A DNA stretch of 64,000 nt from Stegostoma tigrinum (Eukaryota). Location of the stretch: positions 13,121,342 to 13,185,341 of the forward strand of contig NC_081391.1 of assembly GCF_030684315.1 (NCBI RefSeq). The letters run 5' to 3'. The notes beneath the pieces are model-generated. The model ran no database searches. It saw nothing but the letters and a program-made list of their open reading frames with translations, and was not told the DNA's origin. Below are positions 1 to 12,627 of the stretch, one piece after another. Position 1 is the first letter of the stretch. Each line of letters starts with the position of its first letter. The position numbers were made by a program, and so were the translations under genes.

Positions 1-586
1 TAATCTCTCCTTTTAATGGATTTTTCAGCCTTTGGGCAACATCCTGGTGACCCTTCCAGTGCCATTGTGTCTCTGGTCACCACACTGTATTCCACCTTTG
101 CATGGCCAATGCTGCAAAGCTTGTGACAAGACTGGAGTCCCTGTCCTGCGCCCCAAGAAATGGGGACGGGCATTGTGGAAGCCATCTTCCCCATCCTGTC
201 TACACTTATGGATCCTTGAAATATCTCTAGTCTTGTTCTCTTGGTTCCTTTATTGTCAACATATTGCTGTCCCTTCAATGAATTAAATAGTAGTGATGCT
301 TTTGATCATTCAGGTCAGTCCGAGATGAAGCCATAAGCACAAGTGGGACTTCAACCTGGGCCTATGCTCCAAACCTAGGGACAGTACCACTGCATAACGA
401 GCCCTGGGATTAAGTTGTGAATATCCTCCTTGGGATGCCATCAGATGGGCACTGACAATTCTGTGCAAACATAACTCTTATCCCCACGATGACCTGGTTG
501 TGAATTGACTCTCCTTTCGGAAGAAGCAAATAGGGCTAGGTGAAAGCAATTGTTACATAACTGATCTGTTCTTCCATCGGGCTTCA

Positions 587-820
587 GGGATGGCGGTGGT
601 TAGCACAACTGCATCAGTGCTTGGGGCACAAGCTTAATTCGGGAGTTGACATGTTCACCACATCTCCACATAGGCTTCCTCCCACAGTCCAAAGATGTGC
701 AGGGTAGGATAGGCCATGAAAAATGCAGGATTACATGGCTGGGGCTAGGACCAGGTTGGATGCTCTTCAGATGGTCATGAGTGGGCAGAATGGCCTGATG
801 CATGCTGCAGGGATTTTGTT
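587..820 (+). mobile_element. Decayed tRNA-derived (HE1-like shark) SINE in intron 2, just upstream of exon 3; equivalent remnants in every copy (~9143, ~17666, ~27405, ~35640, ~43706, ~50511, ~59698)
   Basis: tRNA-like A-box head (ggcacagtggctcagtggttggcactg in copy 2) and the ttcctcccacagtccaaagatgtgcagg core I recall from shark SINEs; same intron position in all copies. Boundaries approximate. Confidence 0.6.
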
Positions 821-854
821 TCTGAGGCTTACCTGTCCTTCTTTCCATCCTCAG

Positions 855-1599
<745 letters not shown>

Positions 1600-3709
1600 T
1601 GTGGCCTGGAGTACTGTCTGCTTGGTCTGAATGCATTCCCCACTTCACCCTGGACAATCTGTCTCCTTCCAAGGAGAAGGGAATTTTGTAGCAAAGAATG
1701 TAATGGCTGTACCAGCTAAATGGAAATGAATAAAATGATGTATTGATCTTGCTTATTGTCCATCATTCAGAGCTCTGAATACTTTGGGTGATAGCTCTTG
1801 CTTGAAGCCAGTTCTCTTCTGTAATTTGATTGGTCCAATTTCTAATTGGACTGGGCAACCCTTCACGGAATCGCTCACTATCCCCACATTAGAATGTAAC
1901 TAGATGGAGTGTTTTTTTTGGTTATTCCTGTGGAAATTGAAGGTGCTTCTCCTCCAAATAGGATAAGGTTGGGATTTGTCAATTGTGGCATTGGCTTTCT
2001 TCTAGAGGACAATTAGTGCGCTTCTGGATATGGTGGGTTCAACTGGAGCTCAAAGAAATTGTCTTCCTCTGGTGCCAGGAAGCTCCCACACCGTCCAAAG
2101 AGACTTCTCTACCCAGCCTGATAGAATTTGGGATAGTGGTGTTCAATTGCACATTTCCCTTGAAATCTCTTCCCCGCCTCAGCCATCCTGCGTACTCAAT
2201 TATTGCCTGAATGATGACAGCAACACAAAGTGAAGACAGCCCTTTATCTACTGACCCAGCTGCCTGATCACAAAGGTCTAAAGGTAGAGGCCCAGCAGGC
2301 TCTGATTTCAATCCAGCTGGCGGAAGCAGCAGAGGTGTGAAACAATCTCAACTGCCTGGTATATCTCTTTTTTTTTCCCCCATTGGGCCCTACCCTGACC
2401 AATAAACAGTATATTCTCAGTATTGTTACTTTTGGTTTCACCATCCCAAACTGTGGCTGGAGCTCTTTCTCTTCCGCATCTCCCCGCTTCTCTTCTTTCT
2501 TCCCCCCCCCCGACCCAACCTCTTCTTTCTTTGCTTTCCACGTGCCCCCACCAGCCTAAACATTCACCACAGCCCCTTTCCCTGGGAGTCAGCTCAAGAC
2601 ATTCACCTGAACTGGACTGGATTATAATGTAGGGCCTCATTGCCGCTTACAGCAGGATAACAGGGACCTGGGAATAACACAGCAATGCACCTGGTTAAAT
2701 GCTGCTGTTTGATTGGCTCTTGTTGCTAAAGCCAGCATTGAGCGCACTAAGCTGCTCCCTTGGTTCCTCTGAGCTTCCCACATGGTGAACGTGACTCCTG
2801 ATGCAGGTTGATTGGGTGAAATCAGATTGAAGGAGCAAAGTGGCTGGGAGAGGAGACATGGAGATGCTGACTTTCCTTTACGGCTGCTTCCTTTATCTTT
2901 CAAGGTGTCAGAGATCATGGGTTCTTGAGGGGGCTCTCAGAGGCATCCTGAGGATTGTTCCAGGGAGTTTTGTAGCGAGTGCACACTGCAGCCTTCATCG
3001 AGGTTGGCGGGGGGGGGGGTGCTGCAGAGTCAAAAGGCACTCAACATATTTGTTCCACCACATAAAGCAATTTATTTTCGGTGAAAATAAGTCTTGGCTA
3101 CAGTAACCCTCAAGTGCAGGAAGGGGCCATTAGGCCCATTAAATCTGCATCGACCTTCTGAACAGCATCCTCCTTAGACCCAACCCCTTTGCCTTAACTC
3201 CACATTTCCCACGGCTAATCGACCTAGTCTGCAAGCCCCTGCTCACGATCGACAATCTGCAAATCATTGGGCTGTGTGAGGAAACTCAAGCACCTGGAGG
3301 AAATCCACGCAGGCCATCACCCATGGGTAGAACCGAACATGGGTCCCTGGCACTGAGCCGCCAAAACATTCTAAAGTACCAAAGGAAAGGAATACACTGC
3401 GGCAAACTACGTCATGGGAATAGACTCTGCAGCCCAGCCCGAACTTGCAGACCAGGTTTTCATAAACTGTGTAGTGCCATTTGCCTACATTTGGCCCATC
3501 TTTCTCTAAACCGTTCCTTTCCATGTAAATCTCCAAATGTCACTTAAATGTTGTAATTCTATCCACCTCGACCACTTCCTCTCGCAGCTCGTTCCACACA
3601 CGCACCACACTATGTGTGAAAATGTTGTCACTCACGCCCCTTTTAAATCTTGCCGCTCTCCCCTCAAACCGGTGCCCTCTAGTTTTGGACCCCCCCACCC
3701 TGTCCCAGC

Positions 3710-4087
3710 ATGCTTTTTATATACAGTCAATCTTGAGTGTGCCAATGGCAAGGCTACATTTAGTGCTCAGCAACTGTTACACTCCAGGAGGTGGTGATGA
3801 GCTGCTTATTACAGTCCACCTGGTGTCAGAGAGACCGGAATGATGCTGCTGCTGCTGCTGTTGCTGAGGAGGGGCTCCTGGGATTTTCATTCACAAACAG
3901 GGATAGTGTTCCAAGTCAGGATGGTGACAGAGTTACATGGAGCTGCTTGAGTGTCGTTGGTGCTGCCTCCAGCAAGAACATTGTAAACTATTCCAGCACT
4001 ACTCCCAACTTCAGCCTTAGTGAGGGTGGGGAGGTTTTGGAAACTCAGGAGTTGAGTACTTCCTGACAGAATTCCCAGCATCTGAAT
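3710..4087 (-). mobile_element. Old LINE 3'-end remnant co-duplicated in the intergenic spacers (also ~11866-12230, ~21020-21390, ~30305-30672, ~37896-38263, ~62812-63190)
   Basis: Block repeated in six spacers. The reverse strand reads ...caccaggtggactg...gcagctcatcaccacctcctg...tataaaaa and also carries cagaattcccagc and ttccaagtcaggatggtg, which resemble an abundant shark LINE as I recall it. Family not confirmed. Confidence 0.5.
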
Positions 4088-4665
4088 TCCCAGTTTCTGA
4101 GCTGTACCATCTACAGAACGCAATGTAAACAGAACCAGAAATTCCTCACTTGGAAACCTGCTGGGGTGAATCACTAGTTCTACTTCAAACAACGAAAAAC
4201 GAAACTGGGAGACAGAAATGTTCAACGTGCGATACATTTTTAGCAGCAACTGAAACATAGAGGCCTGAGGCCTACTGTGTAGAAGAGGCACTCAGCACAT
4301 TTAGCGTTTTGCTTTTCAAACTGGGCTTCAAGGTCAAGGTCAGGGAGATCACATCAGATGCAGAATGGATCCACAAAGTACATCAGTTTCCTGTATTAGA
4401 TGATCCAAAAGCACATTATTTCTGTTGCTGCACAGAAATAGGAAAATGTTCAGATCAACCAAATCGAGCCATTTTTCAAAGAGCTCCAACACTAACGTTC
4501 AAAAATTATGACGACTAATCCCTCAGAATAGCAATCCGACAGAATTCTGCAAATCTGTGATGAATGTGTCTTAACGCACAACCTCAGATAGAAAAGTGAA
4601 GTTTTAGAGTATATTTTATTCTCATTTTCAGGGAGATGTCCTTCCAGAATTTGCACTTGTGCGGG

Positions 4666-4854
4666 AGGTCAAAGGTCATTTCAGCAATTTCATCAACAAC
4701 CAGTTGTCAATTCTGATTGATTTTTTGACCCGATTCCCATCCTGCACTGATTGGATGTGGCAGCTGATCAATTGATTAACAAGAGTGATAGGCCATCACT
4801 GATGATCTCATTTCCTGCTTCATAAAATGAGTGTTGGCTCCTGGAGTATAAATA
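4666..4854 (+). promoter_or_regulatory. Proximal promoter of copy 1: DR1 AGGTCAAAGGTCA 4666-4678, ATTGG (CCAAT) 4750-4754, E-box CAGCTG 4761-4766, ETS-like ATTTCCTG 4810-4817, TATAAATA 4847-4854
   Basis: Motifs read directly; same order and spacing upstream of six other copies; TATA lies ~90 nt before the ATG. Confidence 0.75.
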
Positions 4855-4940
4855 GAGTCCCACGGGAGGCATGTTTACTGTTGCTCTTAACTTTGTTATT
4901 TTTCTGGGGAGGAAAATAAAGCAAGTGTTTCCTTTATAAG

Positions 4941-7900
4941 ATGGCCTCTCAGATTAGTCAGAACTATCACCAGGATTGTGAAGCTGCTGTCAACAAGCAG
5001 ATTAATGTGGAGCTCACTGCCTCCTATCTCTATCAGTCTTTGGTGAGTGGAGTCTCTGTTGGGTGAAACATACTTCTGTTCTGTTGAAGTAACCTCTTCC
5101 CCTTGGATGTAATTAAGTTGTCTATCTTATAGACTGAGTTTTGTGGCTCCTCCCTCTCTCTCAATGCAGGATGAGTGTGATGTTACTGTAACAATAGTTT
5201 GGTGTCTAATGTACTGTAACTTGGGTCCCAGTTGGTTGTCAGTGAGATGTGGAGTGTTCTTGTAGTTACTTGCCTGTCCCATGATGGTGTTGTGACTGGT
5301 GGTAATTATTGCTTCCTGTGACTGTTTGAAACTTGAGGGAACTAATTTAAAAATGAATTGGGACTCACCATTGTGGGAATGGAAGCACCATCAGCTAGTC
5401 ACTGCTTTTCTTTTCCCTCTTGTATCCTTGTTTCTATTTGAATTTTGTGGGGATCTGAAGTAAACCTGCCAATTGATACTGAGAATCTTGGTTTCCTATT
5501 GCAATCAGCTTAGAATAGGCTTGTTCTAGCCCTGCAGAGCTGGGCTGAGAGGTGGCAAATGGAGTTGAATGCAGACAAGTGTGAGCTGATGCACTGTGTT
5601 AGGAGTAACCGGAAGGCAAAGTACAGCGCTAATGGTAAGATTCTTGGTAGTGTAGATGAGCAGTGAGATCTGTGTCGATAGACACGGATTGTTGAAAGTT
5701 GCCACCCAGGTTGACAGGGCAATTAAGGCAGTGTTTTGTCTTTTATTAATAGAGGATTGAGTTCTGGAACCAAGAGGTTATGGTGAAGCTGTACAAAACT
5801 CTGGTTAGGCCGCACTTGGAGTATTGCATACAGTTCTGGTCACTGCATTATAAGGATGTGAAGCTTTGGAAAGGGTGTAGAGGAGATCTGCTAGGATGTT
5901 TCCTGGTATGGAGGGAAGATCTTATGAGGAAAGGCTGAGGGACTTGAGGCTCTCTTCATTAGAGAGAAGAAGGTTGAGAGGTGACTTGATTGAAACATAT
6001 AAAATAATCAGAGAGGGCTAGATAGGGTGGATAGGGAGAGCCTTTCACCTAGATGGTGATGGTGAGCATGAGGTGGGGTAGCTTTAAATTGAGGGCTGAT
6101 AAATATAGGACAGATGTCAGAGGTAGTTTCTTTACTCAGTAAGGGAATGCAATGCTTTGCCTGTGACAGTAGTAGATTTGCCCACTTTAGGTACACTTAA
6201 GTCATCATTGGATAAGCAAATGGGCGTACATGGAACAGTGTAGGTTAGATGGGCTTGAGATCAGTATGACAAGTCGACACAACATCAAGGGCTGAAGGGC
6301 CTGCACTTTGCTGTTATGTTCTAAGTTCAGATTAAACTGGGTGAGGTTGTGACTCTTATCTGATTAAGCAGATCTCCATTTGAGATCTACCTTGCTTTTC
6401 TTCATACTCATGAGGTGGGTGTGGGCTGTCTGTATGTCAAGTGTTGGAGCTTTTCAAAGGCACAGCACTGCCATGGGGCTGAGAATGGACGAAGGGTACT
6501 GACCCAGTGACTATGGTTAAAAAGTTTATGCCCGTTGTATTTGGCCTGATTCTAAACTAACTGGCCCCTCGTTGCCCAGGTGGGGTGCTTGTGCCCTTCC
6601 AAGGGGTAGAATGTGTTTGGAAGGTGTTTACGTAACCTTAGTGTTTGTTGCAGGGTGCTCTCTGGGCTTGTCCCTGTCAACAGGAAGTCTCCTCCTGATG
6701 AGGATCAAGCCCCTGTCAGCCCCACTTTGGGAGGGGGAACAGCTTTCATTGAGCCAGCAGTTGGGTTTTAATCACTGACCCACTGTCCCAACACACCTTG
6801 TAAGCATGTGCCAGGAATGAAATCCTTACTATTTTACATCTTCTAACTGCACATTTAAATCGCAAAGATAAATTGTGCTTGTGTTTGCATTTGAGAATTG
6901 AAGCAACTTTTTTCAGCAGGATTCGTAACAATGTGCTTGTTACTGGCTGCTTCCAATAGCAGACCTGTGAAACGTCAATACATTGAATTGTGAACATCCT
7001 GGTTTAGAAATCTACAGGACTTTGCCTGTTGGATTAAGTCAACAGTGGTTTTTCCAGGTTAATGAGGGATCTTGTCTAGAGAGTAGTTGATCTGCAGATC
7101 ACTGTCATATTTGTCATGTGATCAGTTTCTTTTGTCAGTCTTTCTTTCATGTGTAATGGTACAAGTTGCTAGCAGTCTGAGTCAGTGCAGCGTTTTTAGA
7201 TGCAGCAATAAACTGTTGCAGTAACAACCCAAAGGCTGTCCTTCGGCAGGCTTTCCTTGGCAGATTCTTGGAGCTAACGTCCTTCATTCATCTCCTCATG
7301 CCCCCCCAGCCACCCCAATACTGCAGTTCTTGTCAAACTAATAGATACAGTGCATCCAATTGCATTGATCCTGACTAAGCAGAAAATGTGCTCCTTCCTA
7401 GCTGTTAATTGCAGTGTCTCGGATCTGTTTTCTCGTCTTTGCCAAAGCAGCAATACAGTGCCCTGCAGCTGTTCTATTGGTGTACATCCTGTGCTCCAGC
7501 CCCTGGCATTTCTTGAAACCCTATTCAATCAAAGATTTATCCCATTTCTGGCGGAGGTTAATCAGTAAAAACATCAATTCACACTTGTTCTCACCAAATG
7601 CTGTGCCAGACCCTCCTGGGCAAGTTGCCAGGAGTTTCAAACCAAAATAAAACACATGGTATTTACAGCTTACCTGGAGGAAGCTGGGATTGTTTTGATT
7701 TTTCCAATTCAACAGCAACTGCTCAAAACTGGGTTCTGAATTGTTAATGCATCAGGTACTTAACAGCTTATTCTCAGTTTGATTTTGAGAATGCTCAAGT
7801 AGCCCTGTAGTTCTGAACTGAAATTGGCCCATGACTTGTTAATGGACTTTACCTTGTTCTCCCTTCCAGATGTCCTACTTTGACCGGGACGATGTTGCCC

Positions 7901-10137
7901 TTCCCCATTTTTACCAGTTCTTCAAACATCAGTCTCAGGAGAAGCGGGAACATGCAGAGAAGCTGCTGAAATTCCAGAATCAGCGTGGAGGCAGAGTCTT
8001 CCTCCAGGATGTGAAGGTTGGAGTTGGGTGGGGAATGGGATGGTAATGGCTGCTCTTGTGGTGTGGTTTCAAGTCAGTGACAAGGTTTTCATTTGAGTCA
8101 AAACTTTGTTCAACCTGTTTGATCTCCTTTTTGAATCCAGTGGAGAAAGAAGCCCTTTCGCCCACCATGTCTATGCTGACCCCACAAACACTAAACAACA
8201 TTAATCCCACTTACCTGCCCTTGGTCCACAGGCCACTGTCCTGGCACTAAGTACTTGTCCAGCTGGACCTAAAACTGATCTGGAGTAGCTGACTCCACCA
8301 CCATTCAAACATTTAGGTGGTTCATCTCATTTCTAACAACCCCTCGGAGGAGGGTGAAGAGAAAGTTTCCTCCAATCCCCTCTAACCTGCTTACTCCACA
8401 AACCTGGTTTCTCTCTGGGCTTGGTGTCTGCCATGGGGAAGACATTCCATCAACTGGCCACTCTCTATTCTTCAATAATTACATCAGGTCACTCCCTCAG
8501 CCGTTCCTGCTCCACAGAAAATCCCAGCCTATCTAACCTCCAATCAAGGGATCTTGGGCAACAGCCTGGGGAACCTCACCAGCTTCCCCCTGCAGTGCCA
8601 TCCTGTCCAGGTGACTGGTGAGGCCAAAGAGGGAATAATGTGGTGACTAGAAGAACAAACTGTGACCAGACTGGTCCCCTTCCTGTTCCACCACACCAAA
8701 CTAATAGAGGTTGCTTGCCCTCTGTCACTGTTACACCCTGTTGACCTTGTCTGAACTTTGAGGGATCTATGGTTGTGGGCCTTTCTTAACTGTTAGCAGC
8801 ACAACACACTTTGCAAACACCTCGCTGTCCCTTTGATGAATTAAATAGCTGTGATGTTTCTGATCATCCTGCTCAGGCATGTATGAAGCCACCAGCACAA
8901 GTGGTACTTGAACCTTGGCCTTGTCAGCCAGAGACAGGGGCACTACCACTGTACCATGACAGCATTTAGGCTTCACTTGTGAATATCCTCACAATTCCAT
9001 CAGATGGACCCTGATGCAAATCTTGTCATTATCCCCCACAATGACCTGTTATTCAACTTCCTCCTTCAGATCAAGGACCGACAGGCAAGGTGAAAGCAAT
9101 TCTGAAGGAACTGTTCTTCAGCTGTGCTCCAGGGCTGCCTCAGGGGTGAGCAGTGTTCTCAGTGCTAGGGACACAGGTTTTGATCTGGCCTCTGGTGAGG
9201 GACTGGTGTTTACATGTCCTCCCCATGTCTGCGTTGGTGTCCTCATAGTATAAGAGGATTGGCCATCTGAAACGCAGGGTTACAGGAATAGGGTGGGAGA
9301 AGGATGGGTTGGGTTCCTCTTCAGAGCAGTTACAGACTGATCCACGTTGTAGAGATTCTGAAGCTTAACTGTCCTTCTTTCCTTCCTCCAGAAGCCAGAG
9401 AGGGATGAGTGGGGTAACAGCCTGCAGGCAATGCAGGTTGCCCTGGATCTGGAGAAGAATGTGAACCAGAGTTTGTTGGATCTACACCAACTCGCCACTG
9501 CCCAGACTGACCCTCATGTAAGCTTCACCTCCTCATTGACTTCACTGCTAGGCCCTCAGGGCAACACCTTCATTGGTTGGTCTTTTGTGGATTAGAAATT
9601 CAGTTAGACTTTGTTTTTGTGCAGATGACATGGATCACTTCAGATCCATAGTGATTACAAAATCATTGCTGAGCAGTTGAGTCCAATTATGTATTTTAAC
9701 TTGTAAACCTGTGGGGAGGACTGAGGGGATATTGGTGACTGAATTCTCATTCAGGACCACTGCAGTGGAATGACTTTTATCCATCACAAGTCAACTCTGC
9801 TCCAGTAAATAAACAGCAAGATGAAGCAGCTAAAAAGCAGTTGTCCTCTTTGCACAATTTCTCCAGGCGTTGGCTCTAGTCATCCCTGACAATCTCCCTC
9901 CATATGCACGTTTTTCAGTGGGGATTCTGAAGTTGTCTTGGGTAGTGTTAATGTACCAAGTGTCATATTCCTCTGTTGCAGCTGTGTGATTTCCTGGAGA
10001 CTCACTATTTGGATGAGGAGGTGAGGATCATCAAGCAACTCGGGGACTACATCACCAACCTGAAGCGCCTGGGAGCCCCTGAGAATGGGATGGGAGAGTA
10101 CCTGTTTGACAGGCTCTCCCTGGAGGACAGCAGTTAG
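4941..10137 (+). CDS. Ferritin subunit, copy 1 (type A), intact 176 aa: exons 4941-5042, 7870-8016, 9392-9517, 9982-10137
   Basis: [34 protein letters not shown]|[49 protein letters not shown]|[42 protein letters not shown]|[51 protein letters not shown]. All introns GT-AG; AATAAA at 10265-10270. Confidence 0.95.
5532..6328 (+). mobile_element. 5'-truncated, degenerate CR1 LINE in intron 1 of copy 1
   Basis: Fragments translate to [14 protein letters not shown] and [13 protein letters not shown] (CR1 ORF2 C-terminus) with frameshifts; similar to the longer CR1 at 12628. Confidence 0.85.
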
Positions 10138-12627
10138 TGTGGCCTGGAGTACTGTCTGCCTGGTCTGAATGCATTCCCCACTTCACCCTGGACAATCTGT
10201 CTCCTTCCAGGGAGAAGGGGCATGGAGCAAAGAATGTAATGGCCGTACCAGCTGAATGGGAATGAATAAAATGATCTCTTGATCTCAGTTCGTGTGCATC
10301 ATTTTGAGCCCATTGATACCTCTCTTTGGTCAAGCAAGCTTTCTTGCCTTACTTCACCACTGCTTTTCCCCAACCCCTTTGGACAGACTCCAGGCCTATG
10401 GGAGCCAGTTGGGGTTCAAATGGGGCCTGTGACCTACCCTTAGTACAGCCATCAACTGGTGGCCCTGCTGACCAGTTCACTTTGTCACTGAAGTCTGCTG
10501 CTCCTCCCAGGGGCCCTTGGGTTTTCTGAACTTTCTTGGTTCAACTGCATAGATTTGTTTTTCCCCGGAAGGAATCCAAAATGCCTTAAAGGGGCTTCCT
10601 CAGTTTTTTGCTTTCTTTCCTTCGCCCAGGGCTCAGGCCCTCCCCATAACTGGAAGTCCACCAGCCCTGAGCTGGGGAAATTCAGCCCAAACATTCTCAA
10701 CAGTCACATTCCAGAGAATCATCTCCAGATTCTCTGGGGCTACTTGATTGATAGTGGATGCTCTTGATACCATAAATACAAGGATTGGTGACCTGGGGCT
10801 TGGATGATTGCCCATGGTTCAAAATACTCACATTTGGTTTATGCTTGCAGCTACAACTGACCTCTTACTGTTGAAGGGTTTGTACAAAAAGCTGCTGCCT
10901 TGGTTCTTGGAACCTTTCCATGGGCTGATGAAATTTTTTTTTTGACCCAGTGAGGGAGCAGGGATTTCTGGGGAAGTTGGGGACTGTCTCCTTCAGTCAA
11001 GATGCCTGGACATGCTGACTTTGCTGTACAACTGTTTCCTTGATCATTCAAGGTGTCTGATCATGGGTTAGGGAGGGGGTGATCAGAGACAGCCCAGAGA
11101 TTGTCTTCTTTTGGCGCGAGTGCACACTGTAGCCTTAGAGTGTGGGTCATTAAGGTACTGAATATATTTGTTCCATCACAAGAATCCTTGTTGTTTGGCC
11201 CAGTCTCTATCCTTGGTGATAGAATCCCTGCTCTCCGGCAAGAGGCCATTTGACCCAGGTAGCATCAACCTTCTGACCAGCATCCTGCTCAGTCCCACCC
11301 CAGTCCTTTAACCCTATGTCTTCCCCATGCCTAATCCAGCTTGCCCCTTGTCAATATCACCAACTTAGCATTGCCTATCCACTTGACCAGCAAATAGTTC
11401 AGATGGTGGGTGGGACACCAAACAGACACTGTAAATGTACAAACTCCCCAGGGTGCCCTAAGGCTGTAATAAATCCCATGTCGCTGTGAGGTAAGTGTTC
11501 GCTACTGAGCCACTGTCTCACCCTAAAGTACCGAACAAAGGAATATGCTGTTGCATACTGTCAGAGTCCTACAGCAGAGATACAGGTTGTTTGGCTCAAA
11601 CCGTCCAGGCTGAGCAGTGTTTGCCCCGTTTCCCTCAACCAGTCCTTTCCCTGGAAATCACCAAATGTCTTTTAACAACTGCAATTGCACCCACTTCTCC
11701 GCTTCATACAGCAGCTCATTCTTGACCTAAACCATTTTCTGTGGGAAAAGCTCTTCTTCAGCTTCTCTCCCCCCCCCCCCCTCCCCCAACCAACCCCACA
11801 TGCCTCAGTGTGAAAACATTACCCCTACCACCTCTAGTTTTGGACTCCCCTACCCTGTCCCAGCATGCTTACTGTATGCAGTCAATCGTGAGTGTGCCAA
11901 TGGCCAGGCCACATTTAGTGCTCAGCAAGTGTTACACTTCAGGAGGTGGTGATGAGCTGGTCATTACAGTCCACCTGGTGTAGGAGAGACTGGAATGATG
12001 CTGCTGAGGAGGGGCTTCTGGGATTTTCATTCACAAACAGGGATATTTTCCCAAGTCAGGATGGTGACAGACTTACATGGAGCTCCATTGCGTGTTGTTG
12101 GTGCCGCCTCCAGCCAGAACATTGAAAACTGTTCCAGCATTACTCACTCCTAACTTCAGTCTTATTGATGGTGGACCGGCCTTGGAAAGTTACAAGTTGC
12201 GTAATCACAACAGAATTCCCTGCCTCTGACTTCCCAATTTTTGAGCTGTTCACTCTACAGAATGCAATGAAAACTGTAACAGATACTGTCACCTTGGAAA
12301 CATGCTGGCGTTAAGCGCTGATTCAACTTCAACAATGAAAAACCAAACATGGAGACAGAAATGTTCAACGTGCGATACGTTTCTAGCAGCAGCTGAGACA
12401 CAGAACCCTGAGGCCTACTGTGTATAAGAGGCACTCGGCACATTTAGCATCTTGCTTTTCAAACTGGGCTTCATGCGACCCTAAGTCACGGTGATCACAG
12501 CAGATTCAGAATGGATCTACAAAGGACATCGGTTGCCTGTATCAGACGATCCAAAAGCACATTATTCTGTTGCTGCACAGAAATAGGAAAATGTTCATAT
12601 CAACCAAATCAGGGCATTTGACAAAGA

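Noticed and set aside
3616-3843. Recurrent ORF ...QSILSVPMARLHLVLSNCYTSGGGDELLITVHLV in several spacers, suggesting a second small gene
   Set aside because: Start, stop and frame differ between copies (for example a deletion at ~37955); no recognisable protein family; recurrence follows from the duplications.
3794-3867. C/D-box snoRNA-like pattern (GTGATGA...TGATG...CTGA) repeated in the spacers
   Set aside because: Box spacing and terminal stem geometry are wrong, a variable (GCT)n sits before the D box, and the block is better explained as an antisense LINE 3' remnant. A snoscan or Rfam search would settle it.
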